Source of the DNA: a virus
Lineage: Duplodnaviria > Caudoviricetes
IMG/VR virus record: IMGVR_UViG_3300031555_001586
Coordinates: 1-64,000 of that record
Length of the DNA stretch: 64,000 nt
Strand: one strand, 5' to 3'
Shown here piece by piece: positions 37,413 to 48,665 of the stretch. The notes under the pieces were generated by a model that did no database searches, was not told the origin of the DNA, and saw only the letters and a list, made by a program, of their open reading frames with translations. The position numbers were made by a program, and so were the translations under genes. Within the stretch, counting starts at the first letter, position 1; the number at the start of each line of letters is the position of its first letter.

Positions 37413-38633
37413 GTGATGACCAATGAATTTAAGAAGTTGGAGAATGAAAATTTTCATCAATATATTTGGAGAATGGACGAGTTAGTTCAGTCTGGTAAGT
37501 ATAAGAATTGGAAAGAGATTACTTCGTTTGTCAATAGAGAATTGTTTGGCGACGATGAATCGGCTTATAGAGACGAGTCTGCCTATAGAAAAGGTTGCAA
37601 GTACGCAAGAGATTATTTTGAAGCAGGATGTTTTGGTGTTGGAAAAGATGAATACTATCAAAAGTTGCAGAATGAAAAGCGTGAAATACAGAAAGTAAAA
37701 GCGCAAATTCAAACTGAGAAATTAGAGTATTCTCGTTGGCTTAGAGAAGAAGCGAGAGATGAATTGATTACAGAGAAAATTTGCAATGCAGTATTATCTC
37801 TTCCCCCACTGGATATTCCTCAATATATTTATCCTGTTCATAATTCTCGTGCATATGTTTTAGTTTTTGGCGATGAACATTATGGCACTGAGTATTCTTT
37901 AAAAGGGTTATTTGGCGAAGTTATTAATGCTTATAGTCCAGAAATTTTTGAACAGAGAATGTGGGATTTGTTAAATCAAACTGTAGAAATTGTTCAAAAA
38001 GAAAATATTGATACTTTAAATGTCTTTTCTATGGGAGATTTTAGCGATGGTGTTTTACGGGTCTCTCAATTAATGAAATTGAGATATGGTGTTGTTGATG
38101 GAACAATTAAGTATGCTGATTTTATTAGTAATTGGCTTAATGAACTAACTAAATATGTACGAGTAAATTATCAATCTACAAATGGAAATCATACTGAGTT
38201 ACGACAACTGGGAATGCCAAAGGGTACATTTACAAATGATAATATGGGCAAAGTTGTTGTAGAGTTTATTAAAATTAGATTAAAAGATAATCTTAATTTT
38301 ACATATATAGAAAATCCTACTGGTTATATATATGCTGATTTAGTTGGTTATAAAGTGTTGGGAATACATGGCGAAGTAAAAAATATGAACAATGCTATAA
38401 AAGAATTCTCTTCTATTTATGGCATACAAATTCAATATTTGTTAGCTGGTCATTTACATCACAACAAGGTCGAAGAAGTTGGCGTAAATCAAGAGGTAAT
38501 TAATGTTGGTTCTATTATTGGTGTAGACGGTTATTCTTTGTCTATAAGAAAAACCGCTAATGCTTCTGCTAAGTTGCTGGTATTTGAACAAGATAAAGGT
38601 AAAACTTGTGAATATACGTTGAAATTAAATTAA
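37413..38633 (+). CDS. calcineurin-like metallophosphoesterase / Mre11-SbcD-like nuclease (YonJ-like)
   Basis: GDEHYG, GDFSDG, GNH, HGE and GHLHH motifs; start near 37413-37416. Confidence 0.8.
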   Translation: MMTNEFKKLENENFHQYIWRMDELVQSGKYKNWKEITSFVNRELFGDDESAYRDESAYRKGCKYARDYFEAGCFGVGKDEYYQKLQNEKREIQKVKAQIQTEKLEYSRWLREEARDELITEKICNAVLSLPPLDIPQYIYPVHNSRAYVLVFGDEHYGTEYSLKGLFGEVINAYSPEIFEQRMWDLLNQTVEIVQKENIDTLNVFSMGDFSDGVLRVSQLMKLRYGVVDGTIKYADFISNWLNELTKYVRVNYQSTNGNHTELRQLGMPKGTFTNDNMGKVVVEFIKIRLKDNLNFTYIENPTGYIYADLVGYKVLGIHGEVKNMNNAIKEFSSIYGIQIQYLLAGHLHHNKVEEVGVNQEVINVGSIIGVDGYSLSIRKTANASAKLLVFEQDKGKTCEYTLKLN

Positions 38634-38653
38634 GAAATAAGGTTATATAAATT

Positions 38654-38860
38654 ATGGATAAAAATATGAATGTAGAATTATATTGTTGCTATTCTCTTAA
38701 TCTCCGTAATTATCTTTATGATAATGGGCTGAGATATAAATTGGCAGCTTTAAATCCCAACAGCAAGAGTCTGTTTTGGGTTTATGTAAAAAATGAAAAA
38801 TTAGATAAATTATTAAATGATTGGTCTGCAAATAAGCAGACGGTCTCTTCTGATATGTAA
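38654..38860 (+). CDS. DUF5659-like small protein
   Basis: CYSLNLRNYL..NG.RY...N.....FWVY...EKL..LL..W pattern. Confidence 0.6.
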   Translation: MDKNMNVELYCCYSLNLRNYLYDNGLRYKLAALNPNSKSLFWVYVKNEKLDKLLNDWSANKQTVSSDM

Positions 38861-38895
38861 AGCGCTTGATGTAGAAATATTTTGGAGGTGGTATT

Positions 38896-39897
38896 TTGGC
38901 GAAAACGACAAAGAATAAATTTATATGTTCTTATTGCGACAGAGAATATGTGGAAACAAATTTTTACAAGTCTAATAGTAAGTTTTTTAGAAATACTGGG
39001 AAAATACCTTGTTGCAAACAATGCATTGAAAAATTATACCAAGAATATCTCGACAAATATACAAATGAAGGTTGTTTAACACCGGAAAAGAAAGCGGTTA
39101 AGAGATTGTGTATGGCTTTTGATATTTATTATGTCGATAAAGTTTTTAATTCTGCGATGGAAAAAATTAAAAGCGGAGATATAAATATTACACCGATGGG
39201 TCAATATATGAAGACTATACAGCTTTCTCAATATAATCGTAATAATGAAACATATGAAGATACTATAACGCAAGAAGAACAAAGAGATTTTATTATTTCT
39301 TCTATCGATGGTATGTCCGATAGTAGAAAAGTAGATGAAAAAACTATTAAATTTTTTGGCGCTGGTTTTACTGACGATGATTATGAATTTTTACAAGAGC
39401 AGTATGATGATTGGACGGCAAGACATGAATGTAATACAAAGGCGCAAGAAGAAGTATTTAAAAGAATTTGTTTTAAGCAGCTTGAAATTTTAAAAGCAAC
39501 TCGCAGGAGTGAAGACACAAAAGATTTAGATGCAACCTTCCAGAAGTTGCTTGATACAGCTAAATTGCAGCCTAAACAAAATAGTGGCGATACTACTGCT
39601 GACAATCAGACATTTGGTACGTTGATTGATAAATGGGAAAATACTCGTCCCTTACCTGAGATTGACGAAGAATTAAGAGATGTTGATAAAATAGGTTTGT
39701 ATATTGATACATTTTTTAAAGGGCATTTAAGCAAGATGATGGGATTAAAAAATGCATTTTCTAATTTGTATACTAAATTTATGAAGAAATACACTGTCGA
39801 AAAACCGGAATATAGTGATGAAGAAAATAGCGAAATTTTATTTGACGCTATTTTTGGCAACTTATCTTCTGATGACGATAAGGTGGTGATTAAATAA
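38896..39897 (+). CDS. Zn-finger protein, putative terminase small subunit
   Basis: CSYC and CCKQC motifs; directly upstream of terL. Confidence 0.45.
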   Translation: MAKTTKNKFICSYCDREYVETNFYKSNSKFFRNTGKIPCCKQCIEKLYQEYLDKYTNEGCLTPEKKAVKRLCMAFDIYYVDKVFNSAMEKIKSGDINITPMGQYMKTIQLSQYNRNNETYEDTITQEEQRDFIISSIDGMSDSRKVDEKTIKFFGAGFTDDDYEFLQEQYDDWTARHECNTKAQEEVFKRICFKQLEILKATRRSEDTKDLDATFQKLLDTAKLQPKQNSGDTTADNQTFGTLIDKWENTRPLPEIDEELRDVDKIGLYIDTFFKGHLSKMMGLKNAFSNLYTKFMKKYTVEKPEYSDEENSEILFDAIFGNLSSDDDKVVIK

Positions 39898-39898
39898 T

Positions 39899-41679
39899 AT
39901 GCAACAAAAAAAATCAGATAGACAGTTAGCGAATGAGAAATCCGAAAGAATTATGGATGGAGTTGCATATTGGTAGAATGAGCTTCGTTTTACAGATATA
40001 ATCCACAAAGATTTGTTAAAGATTATTTAAATATTAACTTAAAACTTTTCCAAAAAATATTGATATATATGATGATGTGCAGCAATTTTTTTATGTATTT
40101 GGCTGCTCGTGGTCAAGGGAAAAGTTTTCTTACGGCATTGTTTTGTGTGGTTAGATGTATATTATTCCCCAAAACAAAGATATGTGTTGCGTCAGCAACG
40201 AGACCACAGGCAAATGAAGTTCTTCTTAAAATAACAGATGATTTTATGAAGAACTATTGTTGGGGTTCGGATAATTTACGACGAGAAATCACATACGCAT
40301 CTGTTGGTGCAAATAAAGCTGTTATTGAATTTGCCAATGGTTCTTGGATAAGGGTCGTCACTGCTTCTGACAGTGGTCGTGGCAGTCGTGCTAATATACT
40401 AATAGTCGATGAATTTCGTATGGTTGACTTGGATACAATTAATACTGTTTTAAGAAGATTTTTAACCGCTCCAAGACAGCCAAATTATTTGAATAACCCA
40501 GAATATGCTCATTTGCTAGAACGTAATAAGGAATTTTATATGAGTTCTGCATGGTATAAGTCGCACTGGTCTTTTGACAAAGCTAAAGCTTATGTCGTAA
40601 ATATGCTAGATGAAACTAAGAAATATTTTATATGCGGTCTTCCATATCAGATATCGATTAAAGAAGGTCTTTTATCGAGAGAACAGATTGAAGATGAAAT
40701 GTCTGAAGCCGATTTCGACCCATTAAAATTCAGTATGGAAATGGAATGTCTTTGGTTTGGAGATACTGATGGTGCTTTCTTTACATTTGACGATGTTTCA
40801 AATCGTAGAAAGTTGAAAAATGCCGTATATCCAACTTTTATAACAAATAACAGTAGAAACTTAAAAATACCTGATTTAGTTGCTAATGAGCGTAGGATTT
40901 TGTCTGTTGACGTTGCACTAATGGCATCTAAAAAGCAAAATAATGACGCAAGTGCAATTATAATTAACAGTGCAATTCCGACAAATAATAATAACTATAC
41001 ATCAAATATTATATATATGGAAAATCAAGAAGGGCTAACAACAGACGAATTGGCACTAGTTGTTCGTAGATTGTTCGATATGTATAAATGTACGGATTTG
41101 GTGGTTGATACCAGTGGTGTTGGTACGCCTGTTTATGACATGCTTATTCAAGATATAATCGACCCAACTACAGGAGAGTTGTATCCTGCTCTTTCATGTT
41201 GTAATGATAAGGTTATGGCTGAAAGATGTAAAGTTGATAATGCTCCAAAAGTCATTTGGTCAATTAAGGCAAGTGCTGCGTTTAATAATGAGATTTGTAC
41301 GCTTCTTCGTAGCGGTTTTCAAAATGGGAAAATTAATTTGCTTGTTTCTGAATTTGAAGCCGAAGAAATCTTAAAAGAAAAAATTAAAGGTTTTTCAAAA
41401 ATGTCTCCTTTTGAACAAATGCAATATAAACTTCCCTATGTGCAAACGACATTATTAGTTTATGAGCTGATAAATCTTGAATATGAAATTCGTGGTACAA
41501 ATGTAAAGATAACTGAAAAGACTGGTATGCGCAAAGATAGATATTCTTCTCTTGCGTATAATTATTGGGTTCAGTGTCAACTTGAACGAGAACTTTTAAA
41601 AAAACAGAAAAATGGTTTTAACGCTATTGATTACGCTTCTAAGTTAAGAAAGTTGAATCACAAACCTACTATGTATTAA
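39899..41679 (+). CDS. terL: terminase large subunit, frame interrupted by an 8-nt insertion at 39974-39981
   Basis: ATG 39899 with SD AGGTGG; VAYW then TAGAATGA then ASFYRYNPQRF; Walker A AARGQGKS, Walker B ILIVDE, nuclease SVDVAL. Confidence 0.85.
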
Positions 41680-41719
41680 ATTTATATATTTATTCTAAAA
41701 GAAAGGGGTGAGATAACAT

Positions 41720-43270
41720 TTGGGCAGAAAGAATAAGTCAAAAACTGTAATTTACACAAAATCAGATTATAAAAATGACCAGAAAAATTTTGAAGAATCT
41801 ATGAAGAATAACAGACTAGATTTAAGTTCGTTTCATAGATTAATGACATATGACCTTTGTACTAACACTAGTGTCATTGATAATGGATGTATCGGTAACA
41901 TTAGTTTAAGAGATGTGGAATTGGCACTAAAATATCCAAAACAAGGTTGGAAGATACTTCTTCGTACTTCTGAAGAACTTATGCGAATCTCACCTCATTA
42001 TTATAGAATGAATAATCTTTATTCTAATATGGCTCTTTTTTGCTGGTGGATAGATTTGTATGATGTTAAAGATAATGCAAAAATTGATAGTGTAAAGAAG
42101 AGTTATTCCACTCTTGCCGCTAAGTTAGAGGGAATGAATTTAAAACATGAGTTTTCTAAAATTATGAAGGTTATACCTTATCAAGATATTTACTGTGGAT
42201 TAGTGTTTGAAAATCAATCTGATTTTTTCTTTCAACAAATTGATTATAAAATTTGCGAGTTATATCAAATTCAAGATGGATTGTATAATTTTAGAATTAA
42301 TTTAACTCAAATTGATGCAAAATATCTTAGTGCGTATCCTGACTATGTTCAGAAAGCATTCCTTGATTTAAGAGATGGAAAAATAAATGACCGTATAAAC
42401 GGTAAATGGTATACACCACCTGCTGACAAACAAATTTGTTTGAAGATGAATCCTCAGTGGACATTTCCCTACCCAATTTTAATTGGTTTGGTCAAGGATA
42501 TTTTGGATTTAGATATCTATAAGAAATTGAAGTTACAGTCTGCAAGAACAGATAATTATAAGGCTATTGCAGTTGAAGTTCCTATTGATGAAAACACCAT
42601 TGATAAGCCACTGCTTACTCCTGAGACGCTTGGTATTTTTGCAGAGATTAACAGAGAAAGTATGACAGATGATATTGGAATGATTCATACTTTAGGCTCT
42701 AATGCTACTCCTATTAGCTTTAAAGATAGTAGTAATACTAGGAATAATGTAAGCGATTCTATAGATGAAATTTATAATTCTAGTGGTCAGACAAAAGAGC
42801 TGTACAATGGTAGTTCATCGGGTACGGCAGTGACCCTTTCTATTGAGAATGATTCTGGATTTGTCTATAATTTGTACAGGCAATTTGAACGTTGGGTGAA
42901 TCGTTTTATTAAGATTAGAAAATATAACAAACCAGCTTATAAATTTTATTTCTATCTTTTAGACGTTACTATATTTAATAGAGATAGTGTTTCTAGCAGA
43001 TATAAGGATGCTGCGTCACTTGGAGCTTCTGTTATAGATAAGTGGCTTGCTTCTTTGGATTTAACACCTTCTCGTACGCTTGGTTCCTTCGTGTTGCATA
43101 AAGACATTTTTGATTTTCAAAATAATTTTGTGCCACTTGCATCTTCGTTTAACAGTTCTGTTGAAAGTAATAATAGCGAAGGCGGAAGACCTACAAACAA
43201 GAGTCAGAATAAAACGCTTGATGAATCTGGCGAGAAAACTGAAGATTTGGATTCGAACATGGATAGATAA
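41720..43270 (+). CDS. portal protein
   Basis: 516 aa, directly after terL, TTG start; SPbeta YonE position. Confidence 0.75.
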   Translation: MGRKNKSKTVIYTKSDYKNDQKNFEESMKNNRLDLSSFHRLMTYDLCTNTSVIDNGCIGNISLRDVELALKYPKQGWKILLRTSEELMRISPHYYRMNNLYSNMALFCWWIDLYDVKDNAKIDSVKKSYSTLAAKLEGMNLKHEFSKIMKVIPYQDIYCGLVFENQSDFFFQQIDYKICELYQIQDGLYNFRINLTQIDAKYLSAYPDYVQKAFLDLRDGKINDRINGKWYTPPADKQICLKMNPQWTFPYPILIGLVKDILDLDIYKKLKLQSARTDNYKAIAVEVPIDENTIDKPLLTPETLGIFAEINRESMTDDIGMIHTLGSNATPISFKDSSNTRNNVSDSIDEIYNSSGQTKELYNGSSSGTAVTLSIENDSGFVYNLYRQFERWVNRFIKIRKYNKPAYKFYFYLLDVTIFNRDSVSSRYKDAASLGASVIDKWLASLDLTPSRTLGSFVLHKDIFDFQNNFVPLASSFNSSVESNNSEGGRPTNKSQNKTLDESGEKTEDLDSNMDR

Positions 43271-43281
43271 GGAGGGATATT

Positions 43282-44808
43282 GTGTCAGAATCAAAAATTA
43301 AAAAATCTACACTCTCCTTCCCTGTTATGTTTGAAAAAATCAAAGATTTTGAGGCGGAAGATGATAGATTTACTAAAGTAAAAGTATGGTTAATGCACTT
43401 GGGTAAAAACTTGAACAATAGTGCATTTGAAAAATCTGTTGTTGATAAGGCAATTCCAACTCTGCAATACATTCCAATCATGGGATTTGTCGAGATGAAC
43501 GATGATAACGAAAAGGATTTTTCAGACCATAGATACATAATTACAAAAGATGAAAAAGGTGTCAGAAGAAAGTATATGGGTACACCATATGGCGTTATAA
43601 AATCTTCTGATGATAATAATGCGCATTATGAAGAACGTCTGTGTGAAGACGGAGAAAGCAGAACATTCTTGGTTACTGAAGGTGTAATATGGAATGTTTT
43701 AGAAGATGGCGCAGAAATTTTTCAACGTGATTTAGTTAAATCACAATCAATGGAATTATATGAGAAGTCCATTGACGGCTATGAAGACGATGATGGAGTG
43801 TTTCACTTCACCGAATTTTCATTTAGAGCGGCATGTGTTCTTGGGGATGATGTAACTCCTGCCATGACTGGCTCAACAATTGAAGTTCAGTTTGCATTGA
43901 GTGATTTTGTTAAAAATATTCAGAGTGAACTTAACGATAAATATACAACTTTCACCAAACTGACTGAAGTGGTGAATGAAAAAACTAATGGAGGTGTAGA
44001 AATCATGGATAATACAGATTTCACTCAGACTTTGTTATCTCAGTTTGAAGACATCTCTGCAATGGTAAGACAGCATGAAACTTTTACAGATAGATGGGGC
44101 TATGAATGTGCTCGTTATTACGCTGTAGATATTCAAGAAAATGAAGTAATTGTCGTTGATGCAAAGAATAATTATAATTACTTCGGTCTTTCATTTACCA
44201 TGAATGGTGATAAGGCAGAGATTGACTTTGAAACTGCGAAAAGAAAGAAGCTTCGTTATGATGACTATGTAGAAGGCGCTAATGCGCCAGAAGGCGCATT
44301 TGATTTTGGTAAGCATATTTCTGAGATTGAAGATGCTGCTTTTGCCAAGGTCGAAGAAGCTAATACAAGAGTCTCCGAGGCTGAGGGCAAAGTTTCTGAA
44401 TTTGAAACTAAAGTTTCCGAACTTGAAACAGCCAAAGATGAGATTGAGACCAATTACAATCAGATTAGTGCTGAGTTCGAGGAAATGAAGCCGAAGTACG
44501 AAGATTATGTCAGAGCCGAACAAGCTCGTATTGAAGCTGAGCTTGATGCTCAGAAGGACGCAGAATTTGCTAAGTATGAAACTGTTTTGGCTGACGATGT
44601 TAATTTCGCCGCTCTTAAGGAAAAGAAATCTGAAATGACTATTAAGGAAATTGAGAGCGAATGCGCAATTATGTATGCTAGAAAGAATCTTGCACTTAAT
44701 TTCAGTAACAATAATAACGGGGCTATGACCGCTGGACTTGTCGATAATGGCGGTGCGTCCGATGGTTTTATTCAAACCAAGTACGGTCTCGTTCGTAAAT
44801 CACGATAA
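43282..44808 (+). CDS. prohead protease-scaffold fusion (YonD-like)
   Basis: N-terminal HLGKNLNNS...QSMEL...ACVLG..V.PAM protease-like domain and an acidic coiled-coil C-terminus. Confidence 0.7.
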   Translation: MSESKIKKSTLSFPVMFEKIKDFEAEDDRFTKVKVWLMHLGKNLNNSAFEKSVVDKAIPTLQYIPIMGFVEMNDDNEKDFSDHRYIITKDEKGVRRKYMGTPYGVIKSSDDNNAHYEERLCEDGESRTFLVTEGVIWNVLEDGAEIFQRDLVKSQSMELYEKSIDGYEDDDGVFHFTEFSFRAACVLGDDVTPAMTGSTIEVQFALSDFVKNIQSELNDKYTTFTKLTEVVNEKTNGGVEIMDNTDFTQTLLSQFEDISAMVRQHETFTDRWGYECARYYAVDIQENEVIVVDAKNNYNYFGLSFTMNGDKAEIDFETAKRKKLRYDDYVEGANAPEGAFDFGKHISEIEDAAFAKVEEANTRVSEAEGKVSEFETKVSELETAKDEIETNYNQISAEFEEMKPKYEDYVRAEQARIEAELDAQKDAEFAKYETVLADDVNFAALKEKKSEMTIKEIESECAIMYARKNLALNFSNNNNGAMTAGLVDNGGASDGFIQTKYGLVRKSR

Positions 44809-44832
44809 TTATTTATTTAGGAGGAATTTAAT

Positions 44833-45402
44833 ATGGCTATTGATAATAAAGTCCATACTGTCTTTGAGTCTGTAAACATGGCTTCCACAAAATATGCCGA
44901 AAGAATTTTTGACTGTGTTTGTGAAGAAGATGTTGATAACGGTACTTTTGGCTATATGGGTGAGCTTGTTGACCGCAACATTTATAAGTTTGTGAAGGGT
45001 ACTAAGGCTGGCGAGAAGGTTCTGGTCGTCGATGTTCCTGTATGGGACGAGGATGAATCCAGTGTTCTGAATCAGCGTCGTAATCGTTTCTACATTCCTG
45101 CTGGTACTCCTTTCCGTGCTCGCATTGTTAAGATTAATGATGAGTTTGGCATTACCATCGAGGGTGTTTCCGCAGCTACTCAGGCAGTTGTTTCTGAGCA
45201 GACTGATTTTATGGCTAATGATGTGTTCCTGACCGTCGGCACTGATGGTAAGCTTGTTGCTTCTGCTACTTCTACCGCAGATGCTGTTATGGAAGCTCGT
45301 GTTGAACGTAAGCGTATGCATGGTGCAAAGCTTATTACCCCTCTGCGCCAGTATGGTAGTGACTACTTTATGTACGAAGCCCGTATTAAGGCTACAGTTT
45401 AA
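44833..45402 (+). CDS. head decoration/cement protein (YonC-like position)
   Basis: Between scaffold and capsid genes; highly expressed codon style. Confidence 0.55.
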   Translation: MAIDNKVHTVFESVNMASTKYAERIFDCVCEEDVDNGTFGYMGELVDRNIYKFVKGTKAGEKVLVVDVPVWDEDESSVLNQRRNRFYIPAGTPFRARIVKINDEFGITIEGVSAATQAVVSEQTDFMANDVFLTVGTDGKLVASATSTADAVMEARVERKRMHGAKLITPLRQYGSDYFMYEARIKATV

Positions 45403-45421
45403 TTTAAGGAGGTAATAGACT

Positions 45422-46450
45422 ATGGCAAATTTTGATTTTAGCGCTGAACAGAAGCGTGTATTTTCTCTTGCCGAAGACCTTGTTAGCGGCAATTATTCTC
45501 TTGAGGGTGGTCTGACCAAGAAGGACTTGGAGAATCATCTGCGTGAGACTATTAATAATGATATTTTTGGCGGTCTGAATTTTAAACAGGCTCTTCGTCG
45601 TAATAAGAATACTGTTTACGAAGTTATGGAGCAGATTACCGACATTGTTGTTGGTGAGAATGTTCTTAAGAGCGCATTTGTTGACCAGTTCGTTGAAGTT
45701 AAGAACCGTGTGTTTAATGACCGCACTGATTGGGTGACTGAGGGCGATTCTCTGCTTACTGTCGCTTCTTTCGCTGGCAACCACTGGGATACTAACCGTC
45801 AGTACTTTGACTCTGGCGAGAAGTTCACTCTTCCCTCTGAGTGGGCATTCATCCATGTGTATATGGAGTTTGAGCGTTTTATGTTGGGCATTGACTCCTT
45901 TGATAAGCTGACCAATGCTATTACTAAGTCTTTTGAGGCTTTCATTAATGAGCGTATTTTTGCTCAGTTCCACAACATCGCTTCTGCCGTTCCTTCCGAG
46001 TTTGTTTATAGCGGCAATGACGAGGAGACAATTTTGGCTCTTTGTGAGAAGCTGGAAGTCTTTGGCGGTTATAACAACATGATTATTTGTGGCACTCAGG
46101 CTGCTCTGCGTAAGCTGGATGGTGTCATCCCCGAAGTTATGATTACTGAGTCTCAGAAGGAGTCTCGTGCTCTGACTGGTTCTTTTGGTGTTTGGAATGG
46201 TTATAAGCTGATGCGCATTCCGCAGGTGAAGAAGAACGACGCATTCGAGCTGGCTCTGGATAATAATAAGCTGTTTATTATTGGTGCTGATACCAAGCCC
46301 ATTAAGCTTGAGTATATTGGCGATACTCGTGCAAAGATGATTGACGATGAGCATGTTAACAATGACCTGACTCTTGACCTTCAGGTTCAGACCAAGTTTG
46401 CTTTGGCTACACTGCTTCCCAAGTACTTCGGAGTCGTCGATTTAGCTTAA
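45422..46450 (+). CDS. major capsid protein
   Basis: 342 aa, strong SD, biased codon usage, position in the head module. Confidence 0.75.
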   Translation: MANFDFSAEQKRVFSLAEDLVSGNYSLEGGLTKKDLENHLRETINNDIFGGLNFKQALRRNKNTVYEVMEQITDIVVGENVLKSAFVDQFVEVKNRVFNDRTDWVTEGDSLLTVASFAGNHWDTNRQYFDSGEKFTLPSEWAFIHVYMEFERFMLGIDSFDKLTNAITKSFEAFINERIFAQFHNIASAVPSEFVYSGNDEETILALCEKLEVFGGYNNMIICGTQAALRKLDGVIPEVMITESQKESRALTGSFGVWNGYKLMRIPQVKKNDAFELALDNNKLFIIGADTKPIKLEYIGDTRAKMIDDEHVNNDLTLDLQVQTKFALATLLPKYFGVVDLA

Positions 46451-46476
46451 TAATAAAGTTATAAAGTTATAAATAT

Positions 46477-47058
46477 TTGGATTTTAAGAAAGGTGGTTTA
46501 GTTGTGGCTCAGCAAAAAAGAAACACTAAACTCACTGTTGATACAGTGGATGAAAATATAAATGTAAAAGTTGAACAAGATGTAAATGTTGAGAAGATTG
46601 TCAAGAAAGAAAAACCTCTTGATAAAGACGATGTAATTGAAGTAATGTCCCTTATCCCGAATGTTAGCTATAAGGATAAGAAATATGGCGATATTTACAG
46701 ATGGGAAAAGGCTGGTGAAATTGTTGAAATGACTTTTGATGTTATCAACTATATGCATCAAAATCATAAGACATATTTCAAGTCAATGTGGATTAAACCT
46801 CTTGATAGTCGAGTGGTTAAGAAGTTTGGTTTGGAAGCTACTTATCGAGATTATGACTTCTTGATGGACGCTTCTAATTATACCAGAAAGAATGTAAATG
46901 AGATTTGCGATAGTATTCGCAAAACGCCTCAGTCTCTTAAGTTTGCAATTTGCAATAAGATTAAGAGCTTGGTTTCTTCTGGTGAAATTTCTGATATTCA
47001 TATTCTTCGTGAAATCGAAAAGAGTCTCAATATTGATTTAATCCCTTTGATTGGATAA
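46477..47058 (+). CDS. hypothetical virion-module protein (YonA-like position)
   Basis: Probable GTG start near 46505 after SD AAAGGTGG. Confidence 0.55.
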   Translation: MDFKKGGLVVAQQKRNTKLTVDTVDENINVKVEQDVNVEKIVKKEKPLDKDDVIEVMSLIPNVSYKDKKYGDIYRWEKAGEIVEMTFDVINYMHQNHKTYFKSMWIKPLDSRVVKKFGLEATYRDYDFLMDASNYTRKNVNEICDSIRKTPQSLKFAICNKIKSLVSSGEISDIHILREIEKSLNIDLIPLIG

Positions 47059-47073
47059 GTAAAAATATGAGAG

Positions 47074-47550
47074 GTGGATTTAGGTATGCCGACTCCATAT
47101 GAAAAACTTTATGAGAATCTTTTACCTAAATTCCGTAGTTATGAAATTCCTCTTATGTCTACCGAAGAAGTAAAAGATTATCTTCACGATTTTATTATAC
47201 CAGCAACTGCAAGGTTTCATATTTGTCGAAAGGATTTAACTGATAGGGACGATATTATTCAAAGATTCAATGTCGAGTTATCCGATATTGAAATAGAGAT
47301 TTTGAGTAACTATATGCTTATTGAGTATATTGACTCTGAGTATATTAGAACGCCAAGTCTATTGAAGGTTCAATTACCTTCAAGTGACTTTAAGGCGTTC
47401 TCTCCTGCGAACTTTCTTGATAAGTTGATGGCAATGCATAAAACTTATAAGACTGAGAATGAAACCCTCCTCTCTCGTTATGCGTGGATGGGAGCTAAAG
47501 AATCAGGTGTTAAACTTGGTGCTGGATATAAGAAAAATAATAGATTTTAA
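47074..47550 (+). CDS. head-tail adaptor protein (putative)
   Basis: TPYEKLYENLL, FNVELSDIEIEIL and FSPANFL; position in module. Confidence 0.55.
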   Translation: MDLGMPTPYEKLYENLLPKFRSYEIPLMSTEEVKDYLHDFIIPATARFHICRKDLTDRDDIIQRFNVELSDIEIEILSNYMLIEYIDSEYIRTPSLLKVQLPSSDFKAFSPANFLDKLMAMHKTYKTENETLLSRYAWMGAKESGVKLGAGYKKNNRF

Positions 47551-47567
47551 TAATTATTTAATGAAAG

Positions 47568-48665
47568 GTGGTGAGTCGTTTGCAGTGTTTGGATAGATTT
47601 AATAAGAGAATGTCTTATAGTGGTGGGTCTTTAAGAGAAGAGTATATTTTTAATACTAGAGAATTATTAAAGGAAACATTTGCAGACGACCCATCATATA
47701 TAACTGGTGTGTATTTTTGGCGACTTGGTTTAAAAGAATATAGACATGAAAAATCTGTTAGCATTCGTTTATATGGTAGAACTTATTCTGCTGCAAATGG
47801 CGTAACTGTCAAATTTCAAACGCTTTATAATACTCCTGTTAATGTAGGAGATATTATTTATGATACAAAGGCAGATGAATATTTGATTTGTACCGAGGCA
47901 TTTGATATAGACGGTATAAATTATAAGGGTAAATTTACGCTTTGTAATTGGATATTGAAGTGGCAAAACAAGGATGGAAAAATTCTTGAATATCCTTGTT
48001 ATGATATGAATAGTACACAATATAACTCTGGTGAGCAATCAAATAGAAACTTTACAATTACTTCTTCGCAGCATATGATTACTCTTCCTAGCGATAAAAA
48101 TACTGTTGCATTGAGTAGTCCACAAAGATTTTATCTTGATAAAAATACAGAGAACCCTACATCATTTATTGTAACTCAGAATGATACGACCAGTCATAAT
48201 TATGGCAAAAAGGGTTTGGTTAAGATTACAGTGTATGAATATCCAAATAATCCTGAAACTGATAGACCTGATTTGGGTATTTGTGATTACATCGATGTAT
48301 CAAATCAAAATATGATTGAAACTAATATATCTGATGATAATAGTATTAACTTATTTAAAGCGTCTAAGGCGATTATTGAATATAATACAACAGTCATTAA
48401 ATCTGGTGGAGATTCACAAATGTTTATTGGTAAATTCTATGATGATAAAGGAAATGAAATTACAAACATTGTACCGCACTGGACGATAGCTTGTGATTTT
48501 TCAAAAATATTACAAGTAAAGGAATTTGAGGATGGTAGGTTGAGTATTGGAATTGACGACGACAATTACATTGACGAAGAATTTAAACTAATTCTTTCGG
48601 CAGAAGATGATGAGAGCGGCGTTCTATCTTCTACTTTACTTATCAAAATTGAGTCACTATTGTAA
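47568..48665 (+). CDS. head closure/neck protein (putative)
   Basis: 365 aa; position between adaptor and tail genes. Confidence 0.5.
   Translation: MVSRLQCLDRFNKRMSYSGGSLREEYIFNTRELLKETFADDPSYITGVYFWRLGLKEYRHEKSVSIRLYGRTYSAANGVTVKFQTLYNTPVNVGDIIYDTKADEYLICTEAFDIDGINYKGKFTLCNWILKWQNKDGKILEYPCYDMNSTQYNSGEQSNRNFTITSSQHMITLPSDKNTVALSSPQRFYLDKNTENPTSFIVTQNDTTSHNYGKKGLVKITVYEYPNNPETDRPDLGICDYIDVSNQNMIETNISDDNSINLFKASKAIIEYNTTVIKSGGDSQMFIGKFYDDKGNEITNIVPHWTIACDFSKILQVKEFEDGRLSIGIDDDNYIDEEFKLILSAEDDESGVLSSTLLIKIESLL

Noticed and set aside
39975-39982. AGAATGAG as a self-splicing mini-intron (follows U and ends in G)
   Set aside because: Eight nucleotides cannot form a ribozyme core; kept only as a possible scar in the terL finding
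39971-39984. Recoded TAG stop (alternative genetic code) as the explanation for the terL break
   Set aside because: Read-through would not restore the frame, several genes end normally in TAG, and the long genes are open in code 11
44191-46354. Long minus-strand ORFs (44191-44775, 44809-45492, 45404-46354)
   Set aside because: Shadows of codon-biased head genes on the plus strand, with no SD, promoter or recognisable motif
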